A DNA stretch of 64,000 nt from Burkholderiales bacterium (lineage in GTDB: Bacteria; Pseudomonadota; Gammaproteobacteria; Burkholderiales; Burkholderiaceae_D), in NCBI GenBank assembly GCA_038240015.1, contig JBBSEF010000010.1, forward strand, positions 885 through 64,884, given 5' to 3'. Made by a program: the position numbers and the translations under genes. Below the pieces are notes generated by a model. The model did not search any database and was not told the origin of the DNA. It saw only the letters and a program-made list of their open reading frames with translations. Of this stretch, positions 8,680 to 24,056 are shown in pieces. The stretch's first letter is position 1. The number at the start of each line of letters is the position of its first letter.

Positions 8680-8766
8680 GCGAGGGTGGCGAAATTGGTA
8701 GACGCACCAGGTTTAGGTCCTGACGCCAGTAATGGTGTAGGGGTTCGAGTCCCCTCCCTCGCACCA
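8680..8766 (+). tRNA. tRNA-Leu (anticodon TAG), class II with long variable arm, CCA encoded
   Basis: Hand-folded. Acceptor GCGAGGG/CCCTCGC, anticodon loop TTTAGGT, variable arm GCCAGTAATGGT, T-arm AGGGG-TTCGAGT-CCCCT, 3' ACCA. Confidence 0.9.
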
Positions 8767-8920
8767 TCCGCATTTGCGTCGACTGTCGGCGTTTCCCGTT
8801 CAAGCCTTCAACGATGATCGGCAAGCGCAGTGGGTGCGACTATCGATCGCTTCCTCGACTCCGGTCACGGCTCTCTCTTTGTCTCACGCTCTCTCTTGAA
8901 TTACTGAATACGGAATCAGC

Positions 8921-10306
8921 ATGCAAGTCGAAAACCTCGGAAAACTCGAACGCCGTCTTCACATCTCGGTCCCTGTCTCGGAAATCGAGAAGGAAGTCGA
9001 TACGCGCCTGAAGAGCCTCTCGCGCTCGGTGCGCATGCCGGGCTTTCGTCCGGGCAAGGTACCCATCAAGATCGTCGCGCAGCAGTACGGCTTTCAAGTG
9101 CACAACGAAGTGCTCAACGAGAAGATCGGCGGCGCGTTCAACAAGGCGGTCGAGGAAGCCAAGCTGCGCGTCGCGGGCTCGCCCAGCATCACCGCGAAGC
9201 AGAACGTCGATGTGGCCGGAAGTGAAAGCGCGGTCGCGTTCGATGCGACCTTCGAGGTCTATCCCGAAGTGAAGATCGCCGCGCTCGACGCGGCTGAAGT
9301 CAAGCGCGCGAAGACCAGCATCGACGATGCCGCGGTCGACAAGACCATCGAGATCCTTCGCAAGCAGCGCACGCACTACCATTCCAAGAGCCACGGCGCG
9401 CATGACGAAGGAGCACATGAGCAACGCGCGCACGACGAAGGCGCCCATGCAGCGCCGGCGGGGACGGACCTTGCCGCGCAAGCCGGCGACCGCGTCACGG
9501 TGGACTTCGTCGCCACGATAGCCGGCGCAGCGTTCGATGGCGGCAGCGGCAAAGACTTCGCATTCGTGATCGGTGACGGCGGCATGCTTCCCGAGTTCGA
9601 GCAGGCGGTGACGGGATTGGCGAAGGATCAATCGACGAGCTTCGATCTTACCTTTCCCACCGACTACCGAGGCGCCGAAGTAGCCGGCAAGACAGCGCGA
9701 TTCGAGGTCACGGTCAAGGATGTCGAATGGGCTCACGTGCCTGCAGTCGATTCGGAATTCGCACGAGCGCTGGGCGTCGCTGACGGCGATCTCGACCGCA
9801 TGCGCCTGGACATCCGCAGCAATCTGGAACGCGAAGTGAAGAAGCGTTTGCAGCTGCGCACAAGGGACAGCGTGATGACTGCGCTGCTCGCTTCCGCGCA
9901 GATGGACGTCCCGAAGGCGTTGATCGACAACGAGATCGAGCAGTTGATTGCCAACGCACGCGAGGAAATGCGCCGTCGCGGGATGGCCGAAGATGCGATG
10001 CCGCTCACGCCCGAATTGTTCGCCGACCAAGCCGGGCATCGGGTGCGGCTTGGACTCGTGCTCGCCGAGCTGGTCAGGCAACACCAGCTGCAAGCCAGCC
10101 CCGAGCAGGTCAAGGTGCACGTGGAAGATCTCGCACAGAGTTACGAGAAGCCGGCCGATGTCGTGCGCTGGTATTTCGCGGATCGAAAGCGCTTGAACGA
10201 GATCGAAGCTCTTGTGCTGGAGGAAAACGTCGTCAACTTCGTGCTCGGCAAAGCGCGCGTCAATGATGCGGACGTGCCGTTCGACGAATTGATGGGTAAT
10301 GTCTAA
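8921..10306 (+). CDS. tig: Trigger factor
   Basis: [28 protein letters not shown] ribosome-binding signature, an FKBP-like middle domain and a C-terminal arm. Sits in tig-clpP-clpX-lon synteny. Confidence 0.95.
   Translation: MQVENLGKLERRLHISVPVSEIEKEVDTRLKSLSRSVRMPGFRPGKVPIKIVAQQYGFQVHNEVLNEKIGGAFNKAVEEAKLRVAGSPSITAKQNVDVAGSESAVAFDATFEVYPEVKIAALDAAEVKRAKTSIDDAAVDKTIEILRKQRTHYHSKSHGAHDEGAHEQRAHDEGAHAAPAGTDLAAQAGDRVTVDFVATIAGAAFDGGSGKDFAFVIGDGGMLPEFEQAVTGLAKDQSTSFDLTFPTDYRGAEVAGKTARFEVTVKDVEWAHVPAVDSEFARALGVADGDLDRMRLDIRSNLEREVKKRLQLRTRDSVMTALLASAQMDVPKALIDNEIEQLIANAREEMRRRGMAEDAMPLTPELFADQAGHRVRLGLVLAELVRQHQLQASPEQVKVHVEDLAQSYEKPADVVRWYFADRKRLNEIEALVLEENVVNFVLGKARVNDADVPFDELMGNV
9398..9448 (+). 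repeat. 30-nt-period duplication inside tig coding [17 protein letters not shown]
   Basis: gcgcatgacgaaggagcacat (9398-9418) and gcgcacgacgaaggcgcccat (9428-9448), read directly. Located in the linker between the N-domain and the PPIase domain. Confidence 0.8.
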
Positions 10307-10362
10307 GTGCGGCCCGCGTGCGGTACAAGAGCAGCGCAAGGCAGACGAGAGGATCGAGACAC

Positions 10363-10998
10363 ATGAACTATCCTGAAGCATTCAATGCCAATGAGCCTGT
10401 CGGGCTCGGCATGGTCCCCATGGTCATCGAGCAATCGGGGAGAGGGGAGCGGGCCTACGATATCTATTCGCGGCTGCTCAAGGAACGCATCATCTTTCTG
10501 GTCGGGCCGGTCAACGATCTGACCGCGAACCTGGTGGTCGCGCAGCTCTTGTTCCTCGAGTCGGAGAATCCCGACAAGGACATTTCGTTCTACATCAATT
10601 CACCGGGCGGCTCGATCTACTCGGGTCTCGCGATCTACGACACGATGCAGTTCGTCAAGCCCGATGTCTCGACGCTGTGCACTGGCATGGCCGCGAGCAT
10701 GGGTTCTTTCCTGCTCGCCGCGGGCGCGAAGGGCAAGCGTTTTGCGCTACCGAATTCGCGCATCATGATCCATCAGCCATCAGGTGGTTCTGAGGGTAAA
10801 GCGGCCGACATCGAAATTCAGGCCAAGGAAATCCTGTATCTGCGCGATCGTTTGAATCGTATCTATTCGGAGCGGACCGGCCAGCCGATCGAGCGCATCG
10901 AGAAAGACACCGACCGCGATACGTTCATGTCGGCCGAGCAGGCGAAAGAGTACGGGCTCGTCGATCAGGTCCTCACGTCGCGCTCCACCGAAGCTTGA
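10363..10998 (+). CDS. clpP: ATP-dependent Clp protease proteolytic subunit
   Basis: Contains [18 protein letters not shown], the active-site Ser context GMAASMG and IMIHQP. Start re-picked to the ATG at 10363 (MNYPEAF), giving 211 aa. Confidence 0.92.
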   Translation: MNYPEAFNANEPVGLGMVPMVIEQSGRGERAYDIYSRLLKERIIFLVGPVNDLTANLVVAQLLFLESENPDKDISFYINSPGGSIYSGLAIYDTMQFVKPDVSTLCTGMAASMGSFLLAAGAKGKRFALPNSRIMIHQPSGGSEGKAADIEIQAKEILYLRDRLNRIYSERTGQPIERIEKDTDRDTFMSAEQAKEYGLVDQVLTSRSTEA

Positions 10999-11117
10999 TT
11001 GCGCACGTTGTTGCGTGTTGTGCACGCATGGCATGCTCGCCCGTCTGGTTGGCCGACCGCCCCGCAAAAAGCACGGTATAGTTCATTCGAGTTCAACCAG
11101 TTGCGGGACGAAGCGGC

Positions 11118-12389
<1,272 letters not shown>

Positions 12390-12493
12390 AGGTATTTGCA
12401 GGAAGCGCCGATAGCCTGTTCATCGCGGGCATCGCGTCAATTGAAGGACCGCTGTAATCGGGCGGTACCGCTCAAGTCGGCTTCAATCGCAAA

Positions 12494-12526
12494 GCCGTTC
12501 ATGTATGGTGCATGAGCGGCTTTTTT
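12494..12526 (+). terminator. Rho-independent terminator after clpX
   Basis: A 10-bp stem, GCCGTTCATG / CATGAGCGGC (one G-U pair), with a 7-nt loop, followed by TTTTTT. Confidence 0.7.
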
Positions 12527-12617
12527 CGTTTGCAGTTTTTGCAAACGCAACAAGCCACCAGAATTTTGAGCGGCTTTTTGTTTGCGGCTTTCCGTACCGC
12601 GAGGGGTGAAAGCGCCT

Positions 12618-12646
12618 CTTGCAACCGGAACGTTGAGCATCATCTA
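12618..12646 (+). promoter_or_regulatory. Sigma-32 (heat-shock) type promoter candidate for lon
   Basis: CTTGCAA, a 13-nt spacer, then CATCATCTA. The E. coli consensus is CTTGAAA - 13/15 nt - CCCCATnTA. It ends 28 nt before the lon ATG region. Confidence 0.45.
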
Positions 12647-12673
12647 CGGCTGATCCGTATTGAAAGGAAGAAC

Positions 12674-15121
12674 ATGGCCGTGACCACCAGTTTGTCCGAC
12701 GAGCGCATCCAGCTGCCGCTTCTGCCGTTGCGCGATGTGGTGATTTTTCCGCACATGGTGATCCCGCTGTTCGTGGGCCGCCCCAAATCGATCAAGGCGC
12801 TCGAGACCGCGATGGAGGCGGGCAAGAGCATCATGCTGGTAGCGCAGAAGACCGCGTCGAAGGATGAGCCGTCGCCCGAAGACATCTACGAGATCGGGTG
12901 CGTGTCGAATATCCTGCAGATGTTGAAGCTGCCCGACGGTACCGTGAAGGTGCTGGTCGAAGGCGCGCAGCGCGCGCGCATCCACAAGATCGACGAGCTC
13001 GAGACGCACTTCGTGTGCGATCTCACGCCGGTCGCACCGGAAGAAGAACAGAACGCCGAGCTCGAAGCGATGCGCCGCACGATCGTCCAGCAGTTCGATC
13101 AGTACGTGAAGCTCAACAAAAAAATTCCGCCCGAGATCCTCACGTCGTTGTCGGGTATCGATGATTCGGGTCGTCTGGCCGACACCATCGCCGCGCATCT
13201 GCCGCTCAAGCTCGAACAGAAGCAGGCCGTGCTCGAAATGTTCAAGGTCTCCGAGCGTCTCGAGCACTTGCTCACGCAGCTCGAGACCGAGCTCGACATC
13301 CTTCAGGTCGAAAAGCGCATCCGCGGCCGCGTCAAGCGCCAGATGGAAAAGAGTCAGCGCGAGTATTACTTGAACGAGCAGGTCAAGGCGATCCAGAAGG
13401 AACTCGGCGAAGGCGAAGACGGCGCCGACATCGAAGAGCTCGAGAAGAAGATCAAGGCCGCGCGCATGTCGAAGGAAGCGAAGACCAAGGCTGACGGCGA
13501 GTTGAAGAAGTTGAAGATGATGTCGCCGATGTCGGCTGAGGCCACCGTCGTGCGCAACTACCTCGACACGTTGGTCGGCCTGCCGTGGAAGAAGAAGAGC
13601 AAGGTCACCAACGATCTGAAGCAGGCCGAACAGGTCTTGAACGAAGACCACTTCGGCCTCGACAAGGTCAAGGAACGCATCCTCGAATATCTCGCGGTCC
13701 AGCAGCGCGTCGACAAATTGAAGGCGCCGATCCTGTGCTTGGTCGGACCTCCCGGCGTGGGCAAGACGTCGCTGGGTCAATCGATCGCGCGCGCGACCAA
13801 TCGCAAGTTCGTTCGCATGGCTTTGGGCGGCGTGCGCGACGAGGCCGAGATCCGTGGGCACCGCCGCACTTACATCGGTTCGATGCCCGGCAAGATCCTG
13901 CAGAGCCTGACCAAGGCGGGGGTTCGCAATCCGCTCTTCCTGCTCGACGAAGTCGACAAGATGGGCCAGGACTTCCGCGGTGATCCTGCATCGGCGCTGC
14001 TCGAAGTGCTCGACCCGGAGCAGAACCATACCTTCCAGGACCACTACATCGAAGTCGATTTCGATTTGTCGGATGTGATGTTCGTCGCGACGTCGAACTC
14101 GTTTAACATTCCGCCGGCGCTGCTCGATCGCATGGAGGTGATTCGCCTCTCGGGTTACACCGAAGAAGAGAAGGTCAACATCGCATTGCGCTATCTGCTG
14201 CCCAAGCAGATCAGGAACAACGGCGTCAAGAAGGACGAGCTGCATGTCGCCGAGAGTGCGGTGCGCGACATCATTCGCTATTACTCACGAGAGGCGGGCG
14301 TGCGTGCGCTCGAGCGCGAGATCTCCAAGATCTGCCGGAAGGTCGTCAAGATGCTGTTGTTGAAGAAGCACGACGGCAAGGTGCAGGTCACCGCGCGCAA
14401 CCTCGACAAGTTCCTCGGCGTGCGCCGCTACAACTTCGGCATGGCCGAGAAGGCGAATCAGATAGGTCAGGTCAACGGCCTCGCGTGGACCGAGGTCGGA
14501 GGCGATCTCTTGACGATCGAAGTCGCGGTGATGCCGGGCAAAGGAAAGATCGAACGGACGGGCTCGCTCGGCGACGTCATGAAAGAGTCGGTCGAAGCGG
14601 CGCGTTCGGTGGTGCGCTCGCGTTCGCGGCGTCTGGGCATACCCGACGACGCGTGGGAAAAGCGCGATATGCACGTGCACGCGCCCGAAGGCGCGACGCC
14701 CAAGGACGGACCTTCAGCGGGCGCCGCGATCACGCTCGCGATGGTCTCGGCCCTCACCAGGATTCCGGTGAAGGCCGATGTCGCGATGACCGGTGAGATC
14801 ACGCTGCGCGGAGAGGTGCTTCCGATCGGCGGACTCAAGGAGAAGTTGCTCGCGGCGCATCGCGGCGGCATCAAGACCGTGCTGATCCCCGAAGACAACG
14901 TAAAGGACCTGCACGAGATTGCCGACAACGTGAAGAACCGACTCGAGATCATTCCGGTGAAGTGGATCGATCGCGTGCTCGAGGTCGCGCTCGAACGCCA
15001 GCCGGTGCCGCTGCCCGAAGATGTCGATGCCGCTTCGGCCGCAGTGGTAGATGCGGCTGTCGCGACACACGTGATCCCGGCCGAGCAAGCCATCGAAGAA
15101 AGCAAGCTCATCAAGCATTGA
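12674..15121 (+). CDS. lon: Lon protease (LonA)
   Basis: N-terminus [23 protein letters not shown], Walker [10 protein letters not shown], catalytic Ser context PKDGPSAG. Start at the ATG at 12674, preceded by the SD aaggaag; the track ORF begins 54 codons upstream in the spacer. Confidence 0.95.
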   Translation: MAVTTSLSDERIQLPLLPLRDVVIFPHMVIPLFVGRPKSIKALETAMEAGKSIMLVAQKTASKDEPSPEDIYEIGCVSNILQMLKLPDGTVKVLVEGAQRARIHKIDELETHFVCDLTPVAPEEEQNAELEAMRRTIVQQFDQYVKLNKKIPPEILTSLSGIDDSGRLADTIAAHLPLKLEQKQAVLEMFKVSERLEHLLTQLETELDILQVEKRIRGRVKRQMEKSQREYYLNEQVKAIQKELGEGEDGADIEELEKKIKAARMSKEAKTKADGELKKLKMMSPMSAEATVVRNYLDTLVGLPWKKKSKVTNDLKQAEQVLNEDHFGLDKVKERILEYLAVQQRVDKLKAPILCLVGPPGVGKTSLGQSIARATNRKFVRMALGGVRDEAEIRGHRRTYIGSMPGKILQSLTKAGVRNPLFLLDEVDKMGQDFRGDPASALLEVLDPEQNHTFQDHYIEVDFDLSDVMFVATSNSFNIPPALLDRMEVIRLSGYTEEEKVNIALRYLLPKQIRNNGVKKDELHVAESAVRDIIRYYSREAGVRALEREISKICRKVVKMLLLKKHDGKVQVTARNLDKFLGVRRYNFGMAEKANQIGQVNGLAWTEVGGDLLTIEVAVMPGKGKIERTGSLGDVMKESVEAARSVVRSRSRRLGIPDDAWEKRDMHVHAPEGATPKDGPSAGAAITLAMVSALTRIPVKADVAMTGEITLRGEVLPIGGLKEKLLAAHRGGIKTVLIPEDNVKDLHEIADNVKNRLEIIPVKWIDRVLEVALERQPVPLPEDVDAASAAVVDAAVATHVIPAEQAIEESKLIKH

Positions 15122-15142
15122 GACGGTCGGGTCGACGACACA

Positions 15143-15187
15143 AGACATCGCGCGGCATTGAAAAATTTTCGATGTCGCGCTTTTTTT
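15143..15187 (+). terminator. Probable terminator after lon
   Basis: GACATCG..CGATGTC and GCGCG..CGCGC pairings enclose an AT-rich palindrome (gaaaaattttc), followed by a run of seven T. The geometry is imperfect. Confidence 0.4.
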
Positions 15188-15201
15188 CAGGGTCGTTGCG
15201 T

Positions 15202-15230
15202 CTTGACACCGCACTCCTCACATTGCTTAA
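15202..15230 (+). promoter_or_regulatory. Sigma-70-like promoter candidate for hupB
   Basis: TTGACA (15202-15207), a 17-bp spacer, then CTTAAT (15225-15230). It lies about 35 nt upstream of the hupB ATG. Confidence 0.45.
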
Positions 15231-15265
15231 TGTTCGCCCAAACCGAAAACTTCAGAGGGGTGTAA

Positions 15266-15538
15266 ATGAACAAGTCAGAGTTGATCGCTCACATTTCGCA
15301 ATCGGCCGATATCTCGAAGGCGGCTGCGGGTCGTGCGCTCGAGTCCGTCGTGTCGGGCATCAAGACGACGCTCAAGAAAAACGGCAGTGTGACTCTGGTC
15401 GGCTTTGGAACATTTACCGTGGGCAAGCGCGCCGCACGCACGGGGCGCAATCCGCAGACGGGTGCAGCGATCAAGATCAAGGCGGCCAAGGTTCCCAAGT
15501 TCCGCGCTGGCAAGGCGTTGAAGGATGCAGTAAACTAA
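15266..15538 (+). CDS. hupB: DNA-binding protein HU-beta
   Basis: 90 aa, MNKSELI..GFGTF.V..RAAR.GRNPQTG..I.I...VP.F..GK.LK signature. Confidence 0.95.
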   Translation: MNKSELIAHISQSADISKAAAGRALESVVSGIKTTLKKNGSVTLVGFGTFTVGKRAARTGRNPQTGAAIKIKAAKVPKFRAGKALKDAVN

Positions 15539-15627
15539 CGCGCTTTGCTGGGTCCGTAATCGATCCCGCGAATCGATTGCAATGGGGATGAAAGAACGCG
15601 TTGCAAGCGCTGTGAGCGAGGCGTATC

Positions 15628-15703
15628 GGGTGCTTAGCTCAGTTGGTAGAGCGGCGCCCTTACAAGGCGTAGGTCGGGAGTTCGAGCCTCTCAGCACCCA
15701 CCA
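15628..15703 (+). tRNA. tRNA-Val (anticodon TAC)
   Basis: Hand-folded cloverleaf. Acceptor GGGTGCT/AGCACCC, anticodon loop CTTACAA, T-loop TTCGAGC, CCA encoded. Confidence 0.9.
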
Positions 15704-15721
15704 AGCAGGTCGGTCGTATCT

Positions 15722-15798
15722 GGAGTGGTAGTTCAGTTGGTTAGAATACCGGCCTGTCACGCCGGGGGTCGCGGGTTCGAGTCCCGTCCACTCCGCCA
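15722..15798 (+). tRNA. tRNA-Asp (anticodon GTC)
   Basis: Hand-folded cloverleaf. Acceptor GGAGTGG/CCACTCC, anticodon loop CTGTCAC, T-loop TTCGAGT, GCCA 3' end. Confidence 0.9.
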
Positions 15799-15808
15799 AA
15801 TCCGAGAA

Positions 15809-15832
15809 GGCGAACGTTCGTTCGCCTTTTTT
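15809..15832 (+). terminator. Rho-independent terminator after the tRNA pair
   Basis: GGCGAAC-gttc-GTTCGCC followed by TTTTTTG. Confidence 0.75.
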
Positions 15833-15880
15833 GTTATCTGCGCCCTCACTGTACGGAGCGCATCGACCAGAAACGGGACC

Positions 15881-17860
15881 ATGTTCGATTTCATCCGTTC
15901 GCATCAGCGCCTGATGCAGTTGATTCTTCTGATCCTGATCGTGCCGTCGTTCGTCTTCTTCGGCATTCAGGGCTACGACCGCATGCGTCGCGACACGCAG
16001 GGCGTCGCGTCGGTCGGAGGCCAGACCATCACTCAGGCGGAACTCGACAGCGCGCAACGCGACCAGCTCGCGCGCATGCGCCAGAACTTCGGACCGAATG
16101 TCGACACGGCGTTGTTCGATTCACCCGAAGCGCGCGCCCAAACGCTGAACGGCCTGATCGCTCAGCGCGTCTTGTTCCTGCAGGCGCAGAAGCAGTCGCT
16201 CGGTACATCCGACCGCAAGCTGCAGGAAACGATCATGAACATTCCCGCCTTGCAGGACAACGGGCGTTTCAGCCCGGATCGTTACCAGGCGCTGCTTGCG
16301 CAGCAGGGGATGACACCGGCGGTCTTCGAAGGGCGCCTGCGTGAAGACCTCGCGCTGCAACAGCTCAGCGCCGCGGTGGAAGATTCGGTGATCGTGCCGC
16401 AGAAAATCATCGAGCGCTTCGCGGCGCTCATCGCCCAGCGCCGCGACGTCTCGCAGATCGTGCTCAACGCCGCCGATTTCGCGCCGCGCGTGAAGCTCGC
16501 ACCCGATGCGGTGCAAAAACAATACGACGCGCATCCGGGCGACTACATGACGCCCGAATCGGTCAAGGCCGAATACATCGTGCTGAACGCCGATGCGATG
16601 GCCAAGCAAGTCACGCTGTCGGATCAAGACGCGCGCGACTTCTACGAACAGAACAAGAAGCGCTACGAGGTTCCCGAGCAGCGACGCGCAAGCCACATCC
16701 TGATCGCGGTCCCCAAGGCCGCCAGTGAAGCAGACAAGGCGAAGGCCAAGGCGAAGGCCGAAGAAGTTCTCGTGAAAGCCCGCGCCCAGCCGGCGGACTT
16801 CGCCAAACTCGCCAAGCAATATTCGGAAGACCCGGGCTCCGCCGCCAATGGAGGCGACCTCGATTTTCTGGGCAAGGGTGCGACGGTGCCGCCGTTCGAG
16901 GCCGCGCTGTTTGCGCAGAAGGAAAATGAAATCGGCGGCATCGTGCAAAGCGACTTCGGTTATCACATCATCGAAGTGACCGGCGTCAAGCCCGCGCAGA
17001 TCAAGCCTTACGAGTCCGTCAAAGGCGAGATCGAGGCCGAGATCAAGAAGCAACTCGCGCAAAAGAAATTCACCGACGCGGCCGAGGCCTTCTCCAACGG
17101 CGTGTACGAGCAAGGCGATTCGCTTTTGCCCACCGCGCAAAAATTTGGTTTGCCCATCGTGATCGCCGATCATTTGACGCGCATCCCTGTGCCCAATGCC
17201 AATCCCGGCCCGCTGACCAACCCCAAGCTCCTCGCTTCCTTGTTCTCGGCCGATTCGATCAAGAAGCATCACAACACCGAGGCTGTCGAGACCAGCCCTG
17301 GCTCGCTGGCCTCGGCGCGCATCGTCGACTACAGGCCCGCGACGAAGAGACCTCTCGCCGAAGTCGCCGAGTCGATCAAGACCAGGCTCACCGACGTCGA
17401 GGCGAAGAAGCTGGCCGATGAGGCCGGCAAGGTGAAGCTGGCGCAATTGCGTGCGGGCGATCGCCTGGGAGAAGGCACGGGCGCTGCCGCGGAGGGCGTC
17501 CCCGACCTTAAGTTCGGACCGGCCAAGCCGGTGTCGCGTCTGGAGCGTTCCGATTTTTCGGGCGAAGCCGTCGCCGAAATTTTCAAGACCGATGCCTCTC
17601 GGCTGCCCGTCTACACCGGTCTGGTATTGCCTTCGGGCGACTATGCGCTCTACCGGATATCAGGCGTGTCGACGGCGACCGACCCAGACCCCAACCATCG
17701 GGTCGCGCTGACGCAAAGCATCGCCAAGCAATTGGGCGCGATCGAGTTCGACGGCTATCTGACCGACCTGCGCAACCGCACCAAGGTCAAGGTCAATGCG
17801 CCGTATGCGGGGTTGATCGAGAAGGCCGCCACGGCCTCGACCAAGTCGCCGGGCTCGTAA
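15881..17860 (+). CDS. ppiD: Periplasmic chaperone / peptidyl-prolyl isomerase PpiD
   Basis: N-terminal membrane anchor MFDFIRSHQRLMQLILLILIVPSFVFFG, parvulin segment ASHILI...GGDLDFLGKG..VPPFE..FGYHIIEV. Conserved position after hupB. Start at the ATG at 15881; the track ORF starts inside tRNA-Asp. Confidence 0.9.
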   Translation: MFDFIRSHQRLMQLILLILIVPSFVFFGIQGYDRMRRDTQGVASVGGQTITQAELDSAQRDQLARMRQNFGPNVDTALFDSPEARAQTLNGLIAQRVLFLQAQKQSLGTSDRKLQETIMNIPALQDNGRFSPDRYQALLAQQGMTPAVFEGRLREDLALQQLSAAVEDSVIVPQKIIERFAALIAQRRDVSQIVLNAADFAPRVKLAPDAVQKQYDAHPGDYMTPESVKAEYIVLNADAMAKQVTLSDQDARDFYEQNKKRYEVPEQRRASHILIAVPKAASEADKAKAKAKAEEVLVKARAQPADFAKLAKQYSEDPGSAANGGDLDFLGKGATVPPFEAALFAQKENEIGGIVQSDFGYHIIEVTGVKPAQIKPYESVKGEIEAEIKKQLAQKKFTDAAEAFSNGVYEQGDSLLPTAQKFGLPIVIADHLTRIPVPNANPGPLTNPKLLASLFSADSIKKHHNTEAVETSPGSLASARIVDYRPATKRPLAEVAESIKTRLTDVEAKKLADEAGKVKLAQLRAGDRLGEGTGAAAEGVPDLKFGPAKPVSRLERSDFSGEAVAEIFKTDASRLPVYTGLVLPSGDYALYRISGVSTATDPDPNHRVALTQSIAKQLGAIEFDGYLTDLRNRTKVKVNAPYAGLIEKAATASTKSPGS

Positions 17861-18022
17861 CGCGGCCGTAAGCTCGCGTCCACGCGGTGTGCTCAATGCG
17901 GGTTTGCCGCATTGACAAGCGACCATGCGTTGCGCAAGCATGATCCGTCGTACGATGATTCTGTATGCATGATTCGGCACGACCGAGTCGACGGTGCGGC
18001 CTGGACCTTCGGAGGTGTCTGC

Positions 18023-18472
18023 ATGTACAAACGGATTCTTCTGGCCTACGACGGTTCCGAATCGGGCCGACGCGCCCTGCTCGAATGCGGCGACGTGGCC
18101 AATCTGATGAAGGCCGACATCAAGTTGCTCGCGGTCACACCCTCGATGCCGCCGGTGTATGTCGGAGAGGGCTTCATTCCCACCGACACGCTGGACGCGG
18201 AGAAGGAACGCTTTCGCGATGTGCTCGATGACGGCATCCGTCAGCTCGAGGCGAGCGGATTCGCGTGTCAGGGTCAGTTGTCCTTCGGCGAGCCGGTCGA
18301 CGAGATCGCGCGCGTCGCCAAGGAATGGGGCGCCGATCTGATCGTGATGGGTCATCGGCGCGCGGGCGGCTGGGCCGAGCGTTGGTGGCGCGGATCGCTC
18401 AGCAAATCGCTCGTCGAAATTGCACCTTGCAGCGTGTTGATCGCCGTGATCAACCACTCGACGGCGAAGTAG
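18023..18472 (+). CDS. Universal stress protein (UspA family)
   Basis: MYKRILLAYDGSESGRRAL...ADLIVMGHRR...GS.S..L....PCSVLIAV. Start at the ATG at 18023, preceded by the SD ggagg. Confidence 0.8.
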   Translation: MYKRILLAYDGSESGRRALLECGDVANLMKADIKLLAVTPSMPPVYVGEGFIPTDTLDAEKERFRDVLDDGIRQLEASGFACQGQLSFGEPVDEIARVAKEWGADLIVMGHRRAGGWAERWWRGSLSKSLVEIAPCSVLIAVINHSTAK

Positions 18473-18579
18473 TCGCATCAGGATCGCTGTGTCGCGCGAT
18501 GGGCCGTGCGCGAGTCGTGCGTCGGGTCGCGCGTTGCGTCGCGAGTCTGGTCGCGAGTCGAAGCGGCCGTCAGGATGAA

Positions 18580-22789
<4,210 letters not shown>

Positions 22790-22823
22790 TCAGGACGTCG
22801 GCCCGACAGCGACCCGACATCGA

Positions 22824-23963
22824 TCAGACATTGAGCGTGAATTCCTTGAACGACGAGGTCGTGTCGTACGCTCTGGATTGCTCGAGATGCTCCATCGGCA
22901 AGACCGGCGGCGCATTGTTGATCAGCCACAGCAGATTGGTCGGCGAGTCGGCATGCGAGAGCGCTTCTTCTTCCGAGATGGTTTCTTCGCGAATCATGCG
23001 GTAGAGCGCCTGCTCGAAGGTCTGCGAGCCCGGCGACAAACTCTTTTCCATCGCTTCCTTGATGCCGTTGATCTCGCCTTTTTCGATCAGCTCGGCGATG
23101 TGGCGCGTGTTCAGCAAGACCTCGACGGCCGGCACGCGGCCGCCGCTGCGCGCGCGAATCAGACGTTGGGAGACGATGCTCTTCAATGCGGCCGACAGGT
23201 CCGACAGGAGCGTCGCGCGATTTTCGAGCGGGTAGAAGGTCACGACGCGATTGAGCGCGTGATAGCTGTTGTTCGCGTGCAGAGTGGCCAGGCACAGATG
23301 GCCCGACTGCGCATAGGCGATCGCGGCGCTCATCGTCTCCTTGTCGCGAATCTCGCCGATCAGGATGCAGTCGGGCGCCTGACGCAGTGCGTTGCGCAGC
23401 GCGATCTCGAGGCTGATCGCATCGCTGCCGATTTCGCGTTGATTGACGATCGACTTCTTGTTGCGAAACACGTATTCGATCGGATCCTCGAGCGTGAGGA
23501 TGTGCCCGGTGCGCTTGGCGTTGCGCATGTCGAGCATGGACGCGATGGTGGTCGACTTGCCCGAGCCGGTTGCGCCGACGATCAACACCAGCCCGCGCTT
23601 CTCCATGATGATGTCGCCCATGACGGGCGGCAGATTGAGCGTGTCGAGCGCCGGAATGTCGGTTGCGATGTAGCGAATCACCGCCGAAATCGATCCGCGT
23701 TGTTGAAACGCCGACAGGCGAAAGCGACCCACGCCCTGCACGCCGAAGCCCTTGTTGAGCTCGTGGGTGGCGATCAGTTCGTCGAATTCTTCAGGCGCGA
23801 TGATCTCAGACAGCAGACTCTTGATCATCGCGTTGTCCATCAACTGCTGATTGATCGGCACCGATGTCCCGTTGACCTTCATGTGCACCGCCGAGCCCAC
23901 CGCGATGAAAAGATCCGAGGCCTTCTTCTCGGCCATCAGTTTGAACAGACGTTCCATCGCCAT
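22824..23963 (-). CDS. PilT/PilU-family type IV pilus retraction-type hexameric ATPase (PilU-like)
   Basis: Walker A GATGSGKST, Asp box, Walker B ILIGEIRD, His box HLCLATLHANNS, C-terminal region without the PilT AIRNLIRE motif. Start at the ATG at 23963, preceded by GAAGGA with 6-nt spacing; the track ORF starts at a TTG 7 codons upstream. Confidence 0.8.
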   Translation of the reverse strand: MAMERLFKLMAEKKASDLFIAVGSAVHMKVNGTSVPINQQLMDNAMIKSLLSEIIAPEEFDELIATHELNKGFGVQGVGRFRLSAFQQRGSISAVIRYIATDIPALDTLNLPPVMGDIIMEKRGLVLIVGATGSGKSTTIASMLDMRNAKRTGHILTLEDPIEYVFRNKKSIVNQREIGSDAISLEIALRNALRQAPDCILIGEIRDKETMSAAIAYAQSGHLCLATLHANNSYHALNRVVTFYPLENRATLLSDLSAALKSIVSQRLIRARSGGRVPAVEVLLNTRHIAELIEKGEINGIKEAMEKSLSPGSQTFEQALYRMIREETISEEEALSHADSPTNLLWLINNAPPVLPMEHLEQSRAYDTTSSFKEFTLNV

Positions 23964-24002
23964 GACGGGTCCTTCGATTTTCAAAAGTGGGGCCGTGTGA
24001 AT

Positions 24003-24050
24003 CGGTGTACGCGTCGGTGTACGCGTCGGAGTGCGCGTCGTGGCGCGATC
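24003..24050. repeat. 12-bp tandem repeat array between the dapD stop and the PilU-like start
   Basis: Two perfect copies, cggtgtacgcgt / cggtgtacgcgt, then the degenerate units cggagtgcgcgt / cgtggcgcgatc. Confidence 0.85.
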
Positions 24051-24056
24051 CGGTGC

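Noticed and set aside
8443-8920. tRNA-Leu as an integration site for a genomic island containing the hpn/NHase genes
   Set aside because: There is no integrase, no direct repeat of the tRNA 3' end at the candidate far borders (3405, 4862-4987, 6730-6770), and no mobility genes. The flanking genes are core.
8840-10381. 513-aa ORF antisense to tig
   Set aside because: It is fully contained opposite a well-supported trigger factor gene and has no recognisable motifs. It is a high-GC antisense artefact.
12437-12643. 68-aa minus-strand ORF filling the clpX-lon spacer
   Set aside because: Its codons end mostly in A/T (AAA, CAA, TTG, AAT), unlike every real gene here. It runs through the clpX terminator and the lon promoter, and it has no SD.
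12644-14245. 533-aa ORF antisense to lon
   Set aside because: Antisense shadow ORF opposite a well-supported gene, with no family motifs.
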